Source: Calcarisporiella thermophila CBS 279.70
Lineage: Eukaryota; Fungi; Calcarisporiellomycota
Assembly (NCBI RefSeq): GCF_041956535.1
Contig: NW_027192199.1
Location: forward strand, 675,741-739,740
DNA: 64,000 bases
Direction of reading: 5' to 3'
A program made the translations under genes and the position numbers. The notes under the pieces were generated by a model that worked only from the letters and a program-made list of their open reading frames with translations, was not told the DNA's origin and did not search any database. Shown here one piece after another: positions 23,935-35,693 of this stretch (the stretch's first letter is position 1; every line of letters starts with the position of its first letter).

Positions 23935-26900
23935 ATGGCAGAAACCTCTACGAATATCCCAGACTCCACCACGCCTGTTTATCAGTTTGATCCCGATGCA
24001 TCTCCCGATGAAAAAGCGCGTCAAATAGACCAGGAGAAGCCTAAAGAGGTTCCGGACCGCGAAGCGCTTCGGAGGGCAGCCAAAGTCGATGTACAGAGCT
24101 CCCTTGACGGACAAACCGAAAAGCCGGCTTCGGGGGCTGAGTTGGATGGTAAGCATGATAACATGGCGCCATCGGATCTAGCTATGCCGGCGGCTTTTCC
24201 CACTGGGGGAAACAAGGAAATTCCGGAATGGTTAGAGCGCCTGGACATACAACCGCCGAATAGCACCAGGGAGGCGCTGCAGGAGAATAAATCGCAAGAC
24301 CTGGTGGAAGAGCTGTTAGGAGATGCCTATTACGGTCAAATATGGTTCAATATCGGGGCGATTATAGGAGCGATCATAGTCACCTATCTTTTGAGCATCC
24401 TTGGTGCGGGCGTGATGTTGTGCTTGATTTTTGGCGCGTTGTTTGGTATGCAGATAAATAATTTTGCAGAGGTTTTCATCTATGCTCGAGTTTCTTATCG
24501 CTAACCACTACGAATGCACCCCTACCCAGCCATCTACTACTCAACGTCAATCAAATACACACGAATGAACGTGCGTGAAGCGATTGCTCGCGATCTGGCA
24601 AAACAGCGTCTTGACACGGATGACGAGTCTGCGGGATGGATTAATAATTTCCTGGAGCGATTTTGGGTCGTGTTTGAACCGGAGCTGTGCGCGCAAGTTG
24701 TCGCCCAGGTGGATGCGGTGCTCGCCAACATGAAGCCAGCATTCATTGAAGAACTGCGTATCACCACCTTTACACTGGGGAACAAAGCCCCCCGCGTGGA
24801 AGCGGTGAAGACTTTCCAACGCACGGATTCCGACATTGTCGCCATGGATTGGCTCGTTTGTTTTATTCCAAATGATTTGCAAGATATCCCTGCCACGGAA
24901 GCCGCAGAAAAAGTAAATCCCAAGATCATCCTGACCGCCACCGTACCCCTTGGCAAATTCAAGCTCAATATCCCTGTGGTGATGCAAGATTTTGCCTTCC
25001 GTAGTAGAATGCGCATTAAGCTCAAGCTTATGAACGCATTCCCGCACATCAAGACGGTGGATGTCAGCTTTTTGACTCGGCCTGAGCTGGACTATGTGAT
25101 GAAACCGTTTGGAGGCGAAAACAGTCTATTTGATGTGAATTACGTACGTCTACAGTAATTTGGGAAGGTTTTTTTTTATTGTGCATGCTAACTTGATTGT
25201 TTGCTCCCCCCTCCCCTCCCCCTTTAAGATTCCCGGACTTTCTGCCTTTGTTGACAGCCAAGTGCATGAAATCCTTGGACCGCTGTTTTATGCGCCCAAC
25301 GTCTATTCTCTGGATCTTGATGCAATAATGAATCCCGATATGCCCATCGACAGCGCTCGTGGTGTGCTTCAGATTATGGTGCATAGTGCGAACGTCAAAA
25401 ACAAGGAGTTGATTGGCAAGTCGGATCCGTACGTGAAGTTGTCATTGAGTGGGAAAGAACTGTCTCGAACCTCGGTCAAGGAAGACACGTGGGTTTTTGT
25501 CTTTCAACCTTTTGCGCTCGCGACTAACCCTCTGAACCTCTTGCTTGTTTTGCAGATCGAATCCTCAGTGGAATGAGACCAAGTTCCTCCTGATCAATAA
25601 CATCAATAGTGTGCTTTCCTTTGATATCATGGATTGCAACTTCAAGATGAAAGACAAACTCATGGGCACTGCCAACTTTGATATGAAGGTGTTGGAGGAA
25701 GATCCCACCAAGGATGACCTGATGCTGGAGTTGAAGCATGGGAGCAAGCGTGTGGGCGAATTGAAGGTCGACATGATCTACCACCCGGTGTTCATCCCCA
25801 AGAAACTAGAGGACGGTTCGATGGAGGAGGCCCCCAAATCAAGTAAGTTCCCTTCATTGTGGGCATTGGTGTGCGGATCCCAATTGATCCATGAACCTTG
25901 TTAATTTTATCTAGAAATTGGGGTGCTTCGACTCACCATTCACCAGGCGGCTGAGCTAAAGGGGAAAGGCAAGCGTAATGCTTATGCGATCTTTAAACTC
26001 AATGGGGTGGAGCAGCATCGCACCAAAATTTTCAAAAAATCGAATGCCCCGGTGTGGGAGCAATCGTTCGAGGTCTTCGTCGTGGATCACGCCCGGGCTA
26101 ACCTGCAAATTGAAGTTATGGATAATGTGATGGGCCGCGATAATACGATCGGCAATGTCACCATCACGCTGAAGGAGCTGTTGGCGACTTTGGAAACAGG
26201 CCAAGACTGGTTCCCGCTCACCGGTGGCGACGGGAAATTGCGGCTAGGGGGCACATGGCGCCCAGTGCTGATGGATTCCATCATGGGCCTGGGCCACGGA
26301 TTCGCAGGGCCGCCGATTGGGGTGGTGAAGATCAAGTGCATCGAGGCCCGGGACCTTAAGAATGTGGAGGCTGTCACGGGCGGCAAATCGGATCCCTATG
26401 TCCGCGTGCTGAGTGGCGTGCAGATGCGAGGCCGAACCGACTACATCCCCGACGATTTGAATCCGGTATGGAACGAATCTCTCTATGTACCCATCCACAG
26501 TGCTCGCGAAGACCTGCGCCTCGAGGCCATGGACTACCAGAAGTTGACCAAGCATCGTAGTCTTGGCGTGACCACACTTGAGGTGAAGGACTTGATTGAG
26601 TTTGAGGAAACGGCCGAGGGCACCCTTTACAAGGCCGGAAAAGTCATCGACACCTGGCTCAAACTGGGTAGCTTGGATCGCAAGTCGTTTAAGGGCGAGC
26701 TGCATATCGAGGCCTCATTTTACCCTACAGCCGAAGTACCGGATGAGGAAGCCGCACAAGCAGAAGCCACGGCGACAACCACTGCGGCTGGGGAAGGAGA
26801 AAAGCGGTCGGAAGGGGAGGGAGAGGAAGAGAAGAAGGCGGACGAGGAGAAGAGGCCCGAGAATGGGGACAAATTGGCTCAGGGTGAAGCGGCAAATCCG

Positions 26901-28782
26901 AAGGACGGGCACATTGAACCCGCTTCGAATCAGCCAGATAACAAGTCGGAGGGAGACGAGGGGGAGAAGGTGAAGAAGCAGCGCATTGTGAAGAAGTCTG
27001 ACATTCTTCAGCACCAAGCAGGAGTGGCCATTATCTCCATCCACGAAGTCAAGCTCCAGAGGCGGGCCCATGCCTATTGCGAGGTGTATGTGGATTCCAA
27101 TTACTCACAGTGGAAGACGGCCAAGATAAAAGGAGACACGCTTCATTTTGAAGAGAGTAAGTGGAGACACGGGTTGGCCCGTAGCTCTCGTATTTGACTC
27201 ATTTATTCTCTTGACGCGTAGCCGCCGATGCGTTTGTGAAAGAACTCGATTTTTCCGAAATCCGCATCATTGTGCGAAACCATAGCGGAGACGAAAAGGA
27301 TAGCGCCGTTGCCACCTGGGAGGCGAATGTGAAGCAACTAATACAACAAGCCAAAGTACGTAGGCTCTTGCTTTTTTTTTTCCTCCTTAACCCGAACATT
27401 GACCCGTTCTCATTTCCTCTTTCATTTCAGTCCGTTCAAACGGAAACCGGAGAATGGTTTAATTTCGAGGAAGGGCAGATACGACTCTCCCTGAAGTATA
27501 TTCCGGTGTTAGATTTCGTGCTAGATCCAGCCGAGAGCATCGACAGTGAGTGACTGGGCTCTCACTTTCCCCGTGTATTTTGCTGCTTACACGTGGTCGT
27601 TTTGTTTGTATTTACTAGATCAAGGCCAGCTGCAGGTAACCCTTCTTAACTGCAGGAACCTCCCGGCTGCAGATCGGGGCGGTACGAGCGATCCATACGT
27701 CGTGTTTAGTCTTAACGGCGAGCGCCTCTACAAGTCCGATGTGGCGAAGAAGACGCTCAACCCCGACTATCAGAATTCAATATTTGTTGCCCCTGTGGTA
27801 TGTTCACCCTTCTATTCGGTATCCGTTTGGGACGAGGTTATTTATTCTTTATCCATTTTGCCTTCCGATCTAGCCCTCCCGAATCGATGCCAAGTTTACC
27901 GCCGATGTGTTTGACCAGGATGTGGTCGGCAAAGATGATTTCCTGGGCTCGGCCGACATCGACCTTGCCTCTATCGAGCCGTTCACCGCCGCGACGTATG
28001 ATTATGTGTTATTGGGTGAGTCGGGCGACAAAGTGGGAACGATCAAGCTACGGCTGCTGTTCCAACCGGAGAGACTCGCTCCGAAACAGCGCCGCACGGG
28101 GACCTTCTCGTCCGCCACCCGGATTATGACGAGTGCACCACGCAAGACCTTCTCGGGGGCGAAGCACGTGGTGAAAGGAGGAGCCGGGGCGGTCACGTCG
28201 GGCTTCGGGCTGTTCAAACACAAGACCAAGAACGGATCGATCTCGGAGGTCGTTCCCGACAACGGCGCCGCCCCCAACTCTACAACGCCTATGCCTAGCA
28301 GCATGTCAGTGCAGTCGATGGAGGGAGCGGTAAAGCCGGCCTCTGTGGTTAGTGCCACCGCATCGCTGGCGTCCAACGCGGCGGACGAGGACACGTTAAC
28401 GGGGTCGCCAGGCGACCTCACCATCACGGTTGTCGAGGCCAAGGATCTCATCGGCGCCGATAAGAATGGCCTCTCGGATCCTTATGTCAAATTGTACCTT
28501 GGCTCGCGTCAAATCCACAAGACAAAGCACCAGAAGAAGACGCTGGAGCCGCGGTGGAACGAGACGGTCCGGGTCCCGAACCTCGACGGCTCTCCTGCCA
28601 AGCTTCGCCTCCAAGTGAAGGACCACAACACGTTCTCCCGAAGCGATGCGATCGGCACGGCCGACATCCGAGTCTGGGAGCACGTGCAGATGAGCCACCC
28701 CACCGCCGACGTGTGGGTGCCGCTGCGGAACGGGGGAAACGGTAAAGTGCACCTCAAGCTGGAGTTTAAGCCGGCGAATTGA
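23935..28782 (+). CDS. TCB: Tricalbin / extended synaptotagmin (TM + SMP + multiple C2)
   Basis: N-terminal TM hairpin, SMP domain (ESAGWINNFLERFW..FTLGNKAPRV), and several C2 domains (KSDPYV, TSDPYV, LSDPYV..KTLEPRWNE). Confidence 0.92.
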
Positions 28783-30084
28783 TCCGGCCAAGGAAGGTTA
28801 TTCCTCGTCGTCATCTCACATCCCCTTATTTTTTTCAGCCTTTTTTGTCTTATTGAATATGCTTCAATCCATGTATCTTATCACCTGCTATGTTTATTAT
28901 TGGCCCCTTCCCCCCCCCCCCCGTGTCAATTCTTCTCAAATTATCTGTGAAATATGAAATACTGTTCAAGTGTGGGAGGGCGAGGGATCGCCCGCTCCCT
29001 CTTGTTCATTGGAAGAGATGCGGCTGAGTAAAATGAAGAATATCCTTTTGTTGGGGGAGGCGTGATCCGCCTCAACATTAAACTGGAAGCATTGGTTGGA
29101 TTGTCGTGGGCAAGCCAATCAAAAGCAACTCGGTTCTGTTGCTTTCCTCATATGCCAGCAAGATGACAATAGGATTCGGCCTACAGGCCGCAGCACAGCG
29201 GGCCAATGCAGGCCGCTCGTCATACCCTTGACACTCGCCTAATCGGGCGACGTTTGAGTTTGGCCTCCCTGCATTCGAAAGAGTTATCTAGAGCTGCATC
29301 CTCGTCGCACCGCGGCACAGCCCAGGTCTTCCGCGCTAGCTTCTTTTGAGCAGGCGGATCTCTCCACCCTCTGAACAGCGAGGGGGGTCGATGGCGAGGA
29401 TCGGATGCAGCACGAGGAGCCCTATCGGCGATAGCAGGCAGAAGGGATCCCTTCGTCTATCTCGAGGCACAGCAGCTCTTCCCGCGTCTGGCCGCCGCGT
29501 CTCAAGGGGGAGAAAGCCGAAGGAGGATTCCGGAGGGGTGCCATGCTGTGCTCTCCAAACAGAACCCCTCAGGCTATCAGATGGATGGATATGGAAATCC
29601 GCAATCCCTCATCCTCGTGACGTGAGAAACTGGAATCCCGACCCAGATAGAGAGGGCGTGATTCCTGGCTCCGTGCGAGAAAATGAGAGGGGCGGAGGGG
29701 ATTGCATAGAAGCTTTGAGAGGTTTTGGACCTATTGGGCGGCAGAGCAAGAGAATATCTCGGGTGCGTGGTGTAACGTGAAACTCCGGGTGTGACGTCTG
29801 CATCTCTCCTTATCTCTCCCCATAATTTTTTTTGTTTGTTCCTCCCGCTTAACACGTCTCAAGCCTTCTTAAACCTGTAAATTCCCACCTGATCGATTCG
29901 TTACCACTGCTAATCGATAAACTGACATGACACGTAGCACAGAAACCTTTATCTTCTCCCCCCTTGAGTCAAGTTCCGAGTTCTTCCTTCGAGAATATAA
30001 AACTTTCCCTTTGCTTTATTTTTTCCTCTTCCATTTCTTCCGTACCATGGGAACACTGCTCAAACCTTGCCATTCTTTGCATCC

Positions 30085-31272
30085 ATGAAAACCACAGCCT
30101 CATCTCCCCTTTCCCACTTCCATGCGGGCCAGAAACGGCCCTTCTCAAAGGCTCGATCCAGCTCTATACCCGCCACCACCAGTGCTGTTTTGGGCTATCT
30201 CCTCGATCTTGGCGTGCAAACAAGGCTGCGCCGCGCAGATATTCTCCTGGATAGGAATGTCACTACCGAGGCCAAGGGTGGGCGTGCAGTCGAATCGGTG
30301 ATTTCCGGTGAGTTTATTTATCAGTCTGTAGCCAGCCACTCGCACGACTAACATCGTCATTTGTAATGGCAGCGATTTTGAGTTCTCGCCAGGCATCCCT
30401 TTGTAGGTTACCTCTGCGGACGCTTCAGCGGCTTTGTGTTTATCATCTGCTTGGCCAACTATTCCCCTCTTCCTCCGCCCCAACTCTCTCCCACCCCTGC
30501 ACCTCCTCGCACCGCCTTGCCGACTCGATACCCGTTCTCCTGCGATTGAGTGCTTCGCTGTTTCGGCAGCTGATTGAAGACGACTCTGTCGCCAATGATA
30601 AGGCGAAGCATCAGGTTCGACCCGAGGAATGGTATCGCCTGCTCTATGCTTTCATTCAACAAGCCGCATTGGAAGCCATCAGGAACGGGGAGGGAGTAAG
30701 CGGGGTTGCCGCCGTGTTTGCATATGGAGAGGTGGCACGCGAAGACGACGAAGAGGATGACGAAGAGGAAGAGGAGGAGGAGGAGGAGGAGGACAGCGAT
30801 GACGAGGAAGGAGACGACTGGGAATGGGAGGGCATCGCACTGAAGAAGGCGGACCACCACCTACTCTTCTCCGACACGGAGCACATGCGCTTGTTCACCC
30901 AGCAGTTGAAGGAGCTTAAGCAGGAGGTATGTATTGAGATTGCTCTCTCGGCTTTTGTCTCCTCCTCCTGGACCCATTGACCAATGGCATCTCCAATAGC
31001 TTATCTCAGCGATGGAGGAAAATCAGCCCGAGCGCCTCATTTCCAAATATCCAATGCGCAATCTCCAGCTAGCCTTCCGCGACTACGTTACGCTTTTCCT
31101 AAGCATCCTGGAGCCTACCACGCCACTCTCCCTCGAGAGCCATCCGTTTGCGATAGCCTCCACCTCGTTCGCCGAATTCTCAAGCGAGCGGGCCATGCTG
31201 ATGCCTGAGGTGGACTCCGATGATGAAGAGGAGGAGGGCCCATTGAAGGGGAAGAGGATAAGGAGGAGTTGA
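30085..31272 (+). CDS. Uncharacterised helical protein with acidic tract, 3 exons
   Basis: ORFs are joined by GT-AG introns (~30308-30372, 30927-30999); EEWYRLLYAFIQQAALEA..FAYG, poly-E/D tract, KYP motif. Confidence 0.65.
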
Positions 31273-32075
31273 GCGAAGGAAAAAGAGGAAGAAAACAGAT
31301 GACAATTGACTCTCATACTTGTGCATATTTAATCTTCATATGTATCATGCTAATGCCTGTTTGTTTTTTTTTTGTGTATATTTCTGCCACTTTTCTATAT
31401 TATACGCATTACTCTCGTTCAATAAATCACTAGAGGATACGACCCAGTCATGCTGTCAGGGCGGGGGAGGGAGGGGGGACGTTCTCCCGTGTTGTGTGCA
31501 TTGCTTTGCTGACACAGCCTGAGCATAATAAAAAGAAGAAAGTTGACGAGCATTTATTTACTGGTGTACAAAAAAGGCAACCAAGAAGCGACCGCAGAGG
31601 GAAGAAAGATCGTCAGATGACTCTTCGGCTTATACGGAGTGGAAGTAGAAGGATAAATATTTATAAAGAGAACGCTAAGAAAACTATATGAATACTAATC
31701 CCTTAACAATAAAAGCCTATTAGTTCCGTTCGAAGAGGCTTTAGGAATGGCTCTTCGGACCATAAGGAAGCAATGGAGAGGAAACAAAAAGACAAAAATA
31801 AAAACAATACTATAGGCTGTTCAACAGCAACAGAGAGGAGCGGAAACGAGATGAAACGTGAAAAAACATAGCACAAAGGGGAGGGATGGCGGTGCGGGTG
31901 CGGGAAATCTACTAATAGCTGGTGTAGTCCACCTGCTCGTTTCAAGTCTCATGTCCTTGTTGAAGATGGGCTCCCTCCGTGGTTGAATTGGTTCGGCTGA
32001 ATAAACATCTTTTCCTCGTCTGTCCCCTTTCTCTCCCCCTCGCCCTCTGAGTCCATATTCGGAGCTAGCGCTGGG

Positions 32076-32792
32076 TTAGGATCCCGAGGTTTCGTTCGCT
32101 GAGGCCGCCAGGATCTTGGACGTGAGGGCCTTGTGCGCCTGCACCAATTGCTCCTCCAGCTTCTTGACACGCTCCGCCCACTCCTTGTCACGGGCCTCCA
32201 GATTTCCTTTCTCGCTCTCAAGCACCGCGACCCGCAACACTAAGCTGGAGTTCTCCGTCTCCAGCTCCGTGACCCGCCGCTCGAGCGACTCCATCTTCAG
32301 CATCTTCTTCAAGCGCGAGCGCCGGGCCGCGTCGGTGTTCTTCTGTCGCTTCCGACGAAGCGCCTCCTGCACGGCCGGATCGTTGGGGTCGCGACGCGAC
32401 GGCTTGCGGGCGCCGCCCCCTCCTCCCCCTCCCCCGGTGGGGGTGGTGTCCGTGGAGGATAAGGAGGAGGCCTGCGGTTGGTCCGTGTCGTTGGGCAGCA
32501 GCGAGGAGTTCTGCAGAGAGTTCACATTGAGAGCAGCGAGGTCATCGAACAGAGGATGGGCCATCCATTCATCGGCGGCGGTCATTTCGGGGCTGAGAAG
32601 GTCGGCGGGGGAGAGCAGAGAGGAGGCGGCAAGCGAGGGGGTGAATTCGGGGGTGTTGATCGCCAGCAGCTCGACGAGCGAGGTGGGGGCGCTAGCCCCA
32701 GCGGCGGGCAGCGAGGGCATTTGGAATGTGTAGGAGATGGGCTCGTCGTCTTTGAAGGAGGGAGAGGTGGGAGAAAGCTCGCATGGTGGCAT
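32076..32792 (-). CDS. Gcn4/CpcA-like bZIP transcription factor (true start may be 32720)
   Basis: Basic region KRQKNTDAARRSRLKK plus leucine zipper LERRVTELETENSSLVLRVAVLE; W-x-PLF acidic activation-type motif (EWMAHPLFDD). Confidence 0.85.
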   Translation of the reverse strand: MPPCELSPTSPSFKDDEPISYTFQMPSLPAAGASAPTSLVELLAINTPEFTPSLAASSLLSPADLLSPEMTAADEWMAHPLFDDLAALNVNSLQNSSLLPNDTDQPQASSLSSTDTTPTGGGGGGGGARKPSRRDPNDPAVQEALRRKRQKNTDAARRSRLKKMLKMESLERRVTELETENSSLVLRVAVLESEKGNLEARDKEWAERVKKLEEQLVQAHKALTSKILAASANETSGS

Positions 32793-34670
32793 TGTGCGTG
32801 GTTAGCAATGGGGGGAGAGGCTGGATGTGGAGAGAACACAGGGAAAAAGAGAAAAGGAAAATGGCGAAGAGAGCGGCGGAAATAGAGGAAAATAAGAGTG
32901 CTCACGCTTGGAAGATAAAAGGTGAAAATTACATGTAATCCCAAAAAAATTCCTTTTTGGTGGCGACCGGAGCCCAAAAAAATAAAACAATGGAGTAAGA
33001 ACAAATAATACGGAAATGGGATGGAAATTGAGAGAATTATTAGCGCGGGAGAACGGCGGGCTCGGAGAACAGGGAGGATCTCAGCACGCAGAGGCCGCGA
33101 AGTCGAGAGAAGGAGAAGAGAAACAGAGGTGAGGAAGAGGAGGAAGAGACGCCGTTTTCAATGGGTTGCAGGTGGCCGTTGAGTTGGGAAAACTTTCTAT
33201 TACGGCGGCCCGTTTCTCAAACGTCATCCGGAGAGAATTAATAAGCAAGGTTTGGCCCCCCACAACTCGATCAACCTCGTCCGATTGAGCCGAGAGGAAG
33301 TCCGAATCTTTAATAAATAAACCACCACTCTGCACCCCCCCGGCTCGCGTTATGCTAACAATAGAAATCGCACGTGCTCCCCCCCCTACTGTTTTGATCC
33401 GCGTAAAACAGCATAATCTTTTATCCCGAAAGCCACATTTTCTCACACCTTTCAGCTGCTCGGCAAAGGCAATAAGTGGTTTTATCCAGGGTTAAGCAGC
33501 GATGTCTAGACACACAATGGAGGGATATCAATCGAGTTCCATTTCATGTTTCAAACTAGCTTCCTCATCCTGCAACTCTCGTATCCTTTTATTTTCCACG
33601 CTTCATTTTCCAAATGCTGATGGTGCATTTGAAACCCGATCCTCGCCCCATTAAAAGCAATCAGTTACTCTGCCACTGTCACTCTCCATGAAACCCCCAT
33701 ATATTTTAGAAACTTTTCCCTACACCTTTTAAAGGTAACCCGGGCGCTTCCCCCTTGCCTCCTCGGCATGTCTCTAATAGTCTAGGTGAAACGCATCACT
33801 GAGCTGGGCGGGGATGAGCACCAATGATCACCCCTCTCCTTCTCCATGACTTTACAAAAACTAATGCTGCAGGCCGCACTAGGCCTTCATTATTGACACA
33901 ATCTTTAAGGGAGTGTCAACCTTTGTGAAGTTTTGAGTGGCCTTTTTTGGTTTTTTGAAAATATCGGCGAACTCCACTTCGATTTATATATAGGCCGAAG
34001 CTTTATCAATCAAATGGGGGGGGGGGGGGAGAGAGGAGAGGGATGCACAGTCATTATTTATGTGCGCAAAGGAGCTCTTGAGAATGAGCGAGGTTTCTTG
34101 TTTGGTTCTCGCGAGAGGCCAGTCTTTGCACTTTGTCTGACCTGACGGAAAAGAAGTGGTATCTGACTCATTCACTATACTGAGGTCGTAATCTAGATAA
34201 ACAAATTCATCAAATCTTAGTCAGCCATGACAAAAGAAGCTTAAAGAGGTATTAGAAATGGGAAGAGCACGTACGTTAAGCATGCGGAGCTTGTCTGCAC
34301 AAAAAGGTAGATATTTCAAGCGCACAATGGCTCTCGAATAACAGAGACCCATCTATACGCCTGCTAGTTGGCGTATTTTCGAAACATTCTTCCTATACCT
34401 ATCTCTAGAGTGCATCATCCATCTGTATGGCAGGGAAATGCTAGCGACACATTCTGAACCACTAGAGGTAAATGAGCCTGGCAAAGGCCACGTATTGTAT
34501 TAAAAGTTGGCCAGTTGCTATTGTAAAAGGGGTTGCGCACTAAATTCCCCTTGGTTTGCCTATGCATTATCGAAGAGGGCTTCACAGTAACCAGCAAAAA
34601 ACAGCGCTGAGATGTGTTGATAGCTACCCGTTCTCCCCTTCCATCCCTCATACATCCAAAAAAGAACTCG

Positions 34671-34687
34671 CGCTCAAGGGTGGACTC

Positions 34688-34727
<40 letters not shown>

Positions 34728-34744
34728 AATTACGCCACTAGAGC
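34671..34744 (-). tRNA. tRNA-Asn (GTT)
   Basis: GCTCTAGTGGCGTAATTGGTTAGCGCGTTCGGCTGTTAACCGAAAGGTTGGTGGTTCGAGTCCACCCTTGAGCG; cloverleaf, A/B boxes, downstream T6 terminator. Confidence 0.97.
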
Positions 34745-34830
34745 TACCGTTTTGTGTGACAGCTAAAATAATGGATTCAATATATACGTAAATATTTTCT
34801 TTATTTTTATTCATTTTGCTCGCAACGCCG

Positions 34831-35173
34831 GGGGGGAGGGTTAGTGTAGTGGACTATCCCTGGGATGCCGATGAGAACGGCGTGGGTTCGAATCCCACCT
34901 CCCCCACCAGCACTTACTCTTAGTTTGTGGCTGCTGTCCACTTGATCAGAAGCTGAGTCTTGATTATTGAAAAGATCGCCCTTACGATAAGTACAACGAT
35001 TACATTGGTTTCACGTACATGCTATTCACGACAACTACGATACACGCATATCGATTGAACGTCTATCGATCCAGGACCTATGTCTCGTTATGTTAAGTCC
35101 ATTGACATAAACTTCATGTAATATATGGAAATTAAATAAAAGTTTCCATTGATTGATCAAAAAAAAAAAAAAA
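34831..35173 (+). mobile_element. tRNA-derived SINE with poly-A tail and 16-bp TSD (TTTGCTCGCAACGCCG at 34815-34830 and 35174-35189)
   Basis: Head GGGGGAG..TAGTGTAGTGG (A box)..GTGGGTTCGAATCCCAC (B box/T arm)..CTCCCCC-A-CCA. No T4 in the body. Ends AATAAAAGTTTCCATTGATTGATC(A)15, with perfect flanking direct repeats. Confidence 0.88.
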
Positions 35174-35693
35174 TTTGCTCGCAACGCCGTGAACGTCATC
35201 TTCGACGGTGCTGCCACCCTTCACTAGAAGTATCACACCGTTTAAAAAACCGTGTTCTGCAACCACAACTCGAATATGGGTGTCGTCAATGATAGCTCTG
35301 CTTACTGCTCCATATCAACGCTTTTAAATTTCTCACCTATTCGCGCTTTAACCCTCCTTGCTCTATCATCAATGTTTAATGGATTTTACACCTTGGCATC
35401 AATGAACTTAGTTATTTTTTTTGAAATTCTGCGATGGTTATAACACACAATACAATACATAGCCTTAGATATGTTACCTGACTAAAGGTTGATATTGACG
35501 TGCGGCTTCCCCACCTAAATAGTATTTTGTCCTTAGGAAATTGAATTGTTTTCATTAACGGGAGAGAGGTTAGGAAAAAGAGATAGTTCCGAGTATTTGG
35601 CCACAAAATGCTTTTACGCCTGCACAATTCAGTAAAAAATTTAGTAAAAAAGCGTCGAGGATGGGGATATTATAATAATGACGTACATCAAGT

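Noticed and set aside
28970-29580. Telomerase RNA, hammerhead ribozyme, group I/II intron or RNase P/MRP
   Set aside because: No CTAACCCT-type template, no CUGANGA/GAAA core, no R/S or D5 motifs and no convincing P4 pair by eye. A minus-strand ANANNA-hairpin-ACA match near 28970-29007 is too short to trust.
34832-34909. Functional tRNA gene (including tRNA-Sec) or tmRNA fragment
   Set aside because: It has no proper anticodon arm and no UCA anticodon, and it lies inside a TSD-flanked poly-A element, so it is better explained as a SINE head.
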